DNA of 64,000 nt from a virus, in IMG/VR virus record IMGVR_UViG_3300022748_000015, positions 32,001-96,000 of that record; one strand, written 5' to 3'. Every line of letters begins with the position of its first letter. Position 1 is the stretch's first letter. The position numbers and the translations under genes were made by a program. Positions 61,487 through 64,000 of this stretch are shown here, piece by piece. The notes below the pieces were generated by a model. That model made no database searches and was not told the origin of the DNA. It was given only the letters and a program-made list of their open reading frames with translations.

Positions 61487-61560
61487 TGCCCCTTAGCTCA
61501 ATTGGCAGAGCAGCGAGCCGTTAACTCGAAGGTTTGTTGGTTCGACTCCAACAGGGGCAG
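61487..61560 (+). tRNA. tRNA-Asn(GTT)
   Basis: TGCCCCT/AGGGGCA acceptor, D arm GCTC/GAGC, loop CCGTTAA, TTCGACTC T loop. Confidence 0.85.
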
Positions 61561-61743
61561 CGCAAGATAGAAATCTGAATAATTTCTATGACTGCTATCT
61601 GTATGCGAAACCGACCCTGGTGGAGCCATAGATGCAAACTGGTGAGGACATTCAGGTCCGGAGCCTGCAGCGACCATCTAGCATATAGAGCTCTTGGCGA
61701 TAGCTTCCAGCATGCAAAAAACTGGTGAGCACGAAGAGCGAAT

Positions 61744-61832
61744 GGAAGATTGCCGGAGCGGCCGAACGGAACAGTCTTGAAAACTGTCGTGGTTAATAGC
61801 CACCGTGGGTTCAAATCCCACATCTTCCTCCA
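61744..61832 (+). tRNA. tRNA-Ser(TGA), CCA encoded
   Basis: GGAAGAT/ATCTTCC, ACAGT-CTTGAAA-ACTGT, long variable arm. Confidence 0.92.
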
Positions 61833-61834
61833 CT

Positions 61835-61906
61835 TGTCCCATGGTGTAATCGGCAACACTACGGTTTTTGGTACCGTCATTCTAGGTTCGAGTCCTGGTG
61901 GGACAG
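61835..61906 (+). tRNA. tRNA-Gln(TTG)
   Basis: TGTCCCA/TGGGACA, ACGGT-TTTTGGT-ACCGT, GGTTCGAGTCC. Confidence 0.92.
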
Positions 61907-62152
61907 CAGTTAAAAATAAAAATAAGAATTTCTAACATTTCTAATAAAAGTGTGTTAGAGTATAGACAACAAGATTTCGACGGAAATCTTGGAGTATGGC
62001 TGAATAACCTGCAAAGCTATATGGGGCAGGTAAGGCAGTGGCGGATCTTAGCGGATCGTCTTAGCGGACAAACGTCATGTGGGCTCAAAAGCGGATCTAC
62101 TGGACCGTAATAGCTAGGCCCTGGTGGTAAAAAGCATTCCACCTATTCACAC

Positions 62153-62200
62153 TAAACACCCTGGAACAAGCTCGAAAGAGTGCCAGGGTGTTTTATTTTT
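62153..62200 (+). terminator. Intrinsic terminator
   Basis: AAACACCCTGG...CTC-GAAA-GAG...CCAGGGTGTTTT followed by T-rich tract. Confidence 0.7.
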
Positions 62201-62215
62201 AACTGTATTTTTAGT

Positions 62216-62244
62216 TTGACTTCATGAATAAGTTATGTTAATCT
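62216..62244 (+). promoter_or_regulatory. Near-consensus SigA/sigma70 promoter upstream of non-coding tract and tRNA-Gly
   Basis: TTGACT-17 nt-TAATCT. Confidence 0.6.
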
Positions 62245-62387
62245 AATCTACTAACCGTGATGATGTATTGCAGTCAGCATATCCCACGTCCCCTAAAAAG
62301 GAAATAACGTCGGAGGACCATTTTCGCGAATTGGTGTAGCGGTGACTATGAGAATGATATAAAATAAAAGTAGCTGGACGCAGCTAC

Positions 62388-62458
62388 GCGGATATTGCAT
62401 AATGGTAGTGCCTCATCCTTCCAAGTTGAAGGTGCGAGTTCGATTCTCGCTATCCGCT
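62388..62458 (+). tRNA. tRNA-Gly(TCC)
   Basis: GCGGATA/TATCCGC, loop CTTCCAA, GCGAGTTCGATTCTCGC, U73. Confidence 0.92.
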
Positions 62459-62639
62459 CGGTGCTTTGCACTTGGTTAAAATGCTACATGTACAGGTTTC
62501 GCAAGGAGCCACATCGCCATCTTCGCGGGATGGGTTAGGGGTGTGTAGGGATCGTGACCCTAGAAACTACGGAGTAATCGAGAAGGTTGTGCCAACAACT
62601 GAGGGGCTGGTTTCCGGTCTAGGTTATTTCATTGGCGAT

Positions 62640-62674
62640 TAAACTCCATGCCCGGGAAGGCGTGGAGTTTTTTC
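62640..62674 (+). terminator. Intrinsic terminator
   Basis: AAACTCCATGCC-CGGGAA-GGCGTGGAGTTT followed by T run. Confidence 0.75.
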
Positions 62675-62697
62675 TTTATCTGTAGTAATGTAGTCGC

Positions 62698-63126
62698 ATG
62701 ACAAAAATTCAAATTACTGCAACTAGTCCTGACTTTATGCCATCCTACGCAAAGCACGGTGATGCCGGTGCTGACCTTAAGTCAGCTATCGACTACGTAC
62801 TTCTTCCTGGAGAGCGCTTCCTAATCCCTACTGGAGTCTCGATTGCACTTCCAGATAACTATGTAGGTCTAGTGCACCCTCGCAGTGGTTTAGCTGTTCG
62901 TAATGGCGTTACTGTTCTTAATACCCCTGGAACCGTGGACTCCGGTTATCGTGGTGAAATTAAGGTTATTCTTTATAATGCTGGCGATGCTGATTTTGTT
63001 ATCCGTCGTGGAGATCGTATTGCTCAGCTAGTTATTCAAGAATTTGTATCTGCTGACTTTGAGTTGGTAGAGGTTCTCCCATCGTCAGATCGTGGCGAAG
63101 GTGGATTTGGTTCTACAGGAGTTTAG
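62698..63126 (+). CDS. dut: Trimeric dUTPase
   Basis: [39 protein letters not shown]. Confidence 0.97.
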   Translation: MTKIQITATSPDFMPSYAKHGDAGADLKSAIDYVLLPGERFLIPTGVSIALPDNYVGLVHPRSGLAVRNGVTVLNTPGTVDSGYRGEIKVILYNAGDADFVIRRGDRIAQLVIQEFVSADFELVEVLPSSDRGEGGFGSTGV

Positions 63127-63143
63127 CTGTAGACTGATGGACA

Positions 63144-63217
63144 CGAGGTTTAGCTCAGCTGGTTAGAGCCCCGAACTCATAATTCGGTCGTCGTGGGTTC
63201 AAGTCCCACAACCTCGA
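63144..63217 (+). tRNA. tRNA with CAT anticodon (elongator Met or Ile2; not initiator)
   Basis: CGAGGTT/AACCTCG fully paired, CCGAA-CTCATAA-TTCGG; lacks the initiator GGG/CCC stem. Confidence 0.88.
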
Positions 63218-63222
63218 CTCAC

Positions 63223-63307
63223 CCCTGCATGGTGGAATTGGTATACGCAGCTGACTTAAAATCAGCCGCCTTCGGGATTGCGAGTTCAAGTCTCGCTGCA
63301 GGGACCA
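63223..63307 (+). tRNA. tRNA-Leu(TAA), CCA encoded
   Basis: CCCTGCA/TGCAGGG, GCTGA-CTTAAAA-TCAGC, long variable arm, A73-CCA. Confidence 0.93.
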
Positions 63308-63326
63308 TAATAGTAGTGGAGGAATA

Positions 63327-63938
63327 ATGCGACTAACCCCTACAACAATAGATGGCCTGATTCTCGAGGAGCTAGAAGACGGTATCTATCTAATTAGAAA
63401 CTTTATTATTGATGAAGAGCATAACTATCTTTTAAATGTTTGCAAGTCTGCTCCTGAATCTGAGTGGGCTGATTCGTATATGGAAACTCTACGAGGAGAA
63501 GTGGAGTATCGCCACGGTAAAGAAGAATTGGCTAATATTCAAAACCATGTAAATGAGTTTTGGTTGGACAAATGTATCTCGGTCCCTGATCTAGACCTAA
63601 GCTTCAAACTTGCTGACAGATTGTATAAATTTTTAAGCAGTGCTGGTACGCTGCTAGTTAAACCTTTTATCAATGTACAACGCCAATATACAGGTGTTTC
63701 TTTAGCCGAGCACCACGATCAGGCTTACGACGAGAAGATAGCTTTTGCTAGTGTTTTATATCTCAATGAAGACTTTGTAGACGGAGAACTATACTTTCCT
63801 AACAAGGGTTTGAGCTATAGGTTTCCTGAGAAAAGCCTGGTTATTTTTGCTGCTGGCCCTGACTTTGTGCATGGAGTTAAGTCTGTCGGTGACGGTCCAA
63901 CTAGATATGTCATTACCTCTTTCGTGTGGAGTTCATAG
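63327..63938 (+). CDS. 2OG-Fe(II) oxygenase, P4H-like (ninth oxygenase in the window)
   Basis: HHD...VLYLNEDFVDGELYF...HGV...R. Confidence 0.88.
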   Translation: MRLTPTTIDGLILEELEDGIYLIRNFIIDEEHNYLLNVCKSAPESEWADSYMETLRGEVEYRHGKEELANIQNHVNEFWLDKCISVPDLDLSFKLADRLYKFLSSAGTLLVKPFINVQRQYTGVSLAEHHDQAYDEKIAFASVLYLNEDFVDGELYFPNKGLSYRFPEKSLVIFAAGPDFVHGVKSVGDGPTRYVITSFVWSS

Positions 63939-64000
63939 TTGAGCAGTATCCGCGTAGGTATAGTTGGCTGTGGTCAAGTAGGTGAAGAATTGCTGTCTCT
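63939..64000 (+). CDS. Partial NAD(P)-binding Rossmann oxidoreductase (runs off the window)
   Basis: TTG start abutting the previous stop: MSSIRVGIVGCGQVGEELLS, GxGxxG motif. Confidence 0.6.
   Translation, partial: MSSIRVGIVGCGQVGEELLS

Noticed and set aside
61648-61672. SRP RNA helix-8-like TCAGGTCCGGA...GCAGC
   Set aside because: The GGAAGGAA needed for the SRP stem and internal loop is missing; it folds as a simple CAGGT/GCCTG hairpin.
61521-62110. ORFs 61521..61880, 61750..61935, 61898..62110
   Set aside because: They overlap well-formed tRNAs or structured non-coding DNA and lack RBS and recognisable motifs.

Overview
A 64-kb fragment of a large tailed (siphovirus-like) phage, almost certainly of Actinobacteria (two WhiB genes, DUF3039, FmdB-type Zn ribbon, class Ib nrdHIEF, tmRNA with an ...AFALAA tag). 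Layout: (1) 1-9.1 kb, + strand tail module (end of tape measure, Dit, hub, central fibre with S74 chaperone). (2) 9.1-19.3 kb and 23.5-26.2 kb, + strand replication and recombination genes (PolA, RuvC-like, SNF2 helicase, HNH-NUMOD3, Cas4-like exonuclease, Sak4-like ATPase, SSB, GT-B glycosyltransferase, WhiB, primase-helicase), with a short - strand block between them (two GT2-TPR, metallophosphoesterase). (3) 27-54 kb, a - strand island of accessory fibres and enzymes. (4) 54-64 kb, nrdHIEF, PIN-PhoH, WhiB, putative holin, tmRNA, six tRNAs, dUTPase and another oxygenase. No integrase, CRISPR array or IS was seen. Best candidate for a new system: the 27-54 kb island is built from three parallel cassettes. 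Each has a long fibre ending in the same ~90-aa domain, then a putative tip protein with a distinctive low-complexity segment ((PPFF)n, a 22-Cys mirror-symmetric ladder, or poly-Thr), then helper or modifying genes. These include eight 2OG-Fe(II) oxygenases and two GT60-like GlcNAc transferases, the enzyme pairing known from the eukaryotic Skp1 hydroxyproline-glycosylation pathway. Two of the tip proteins end in an identical 21-aa tag encoded by a perfect 64-bp repeat. My inference is a phage-encoded hydroxylation/O-glycosylation pathway for virion appendages. Also notable: a 5-nt coding gap (AAG-TG-AAG spanning a TGA) splits the exonuclease gene. All family names come from motif recognition by eye; no database search was run.
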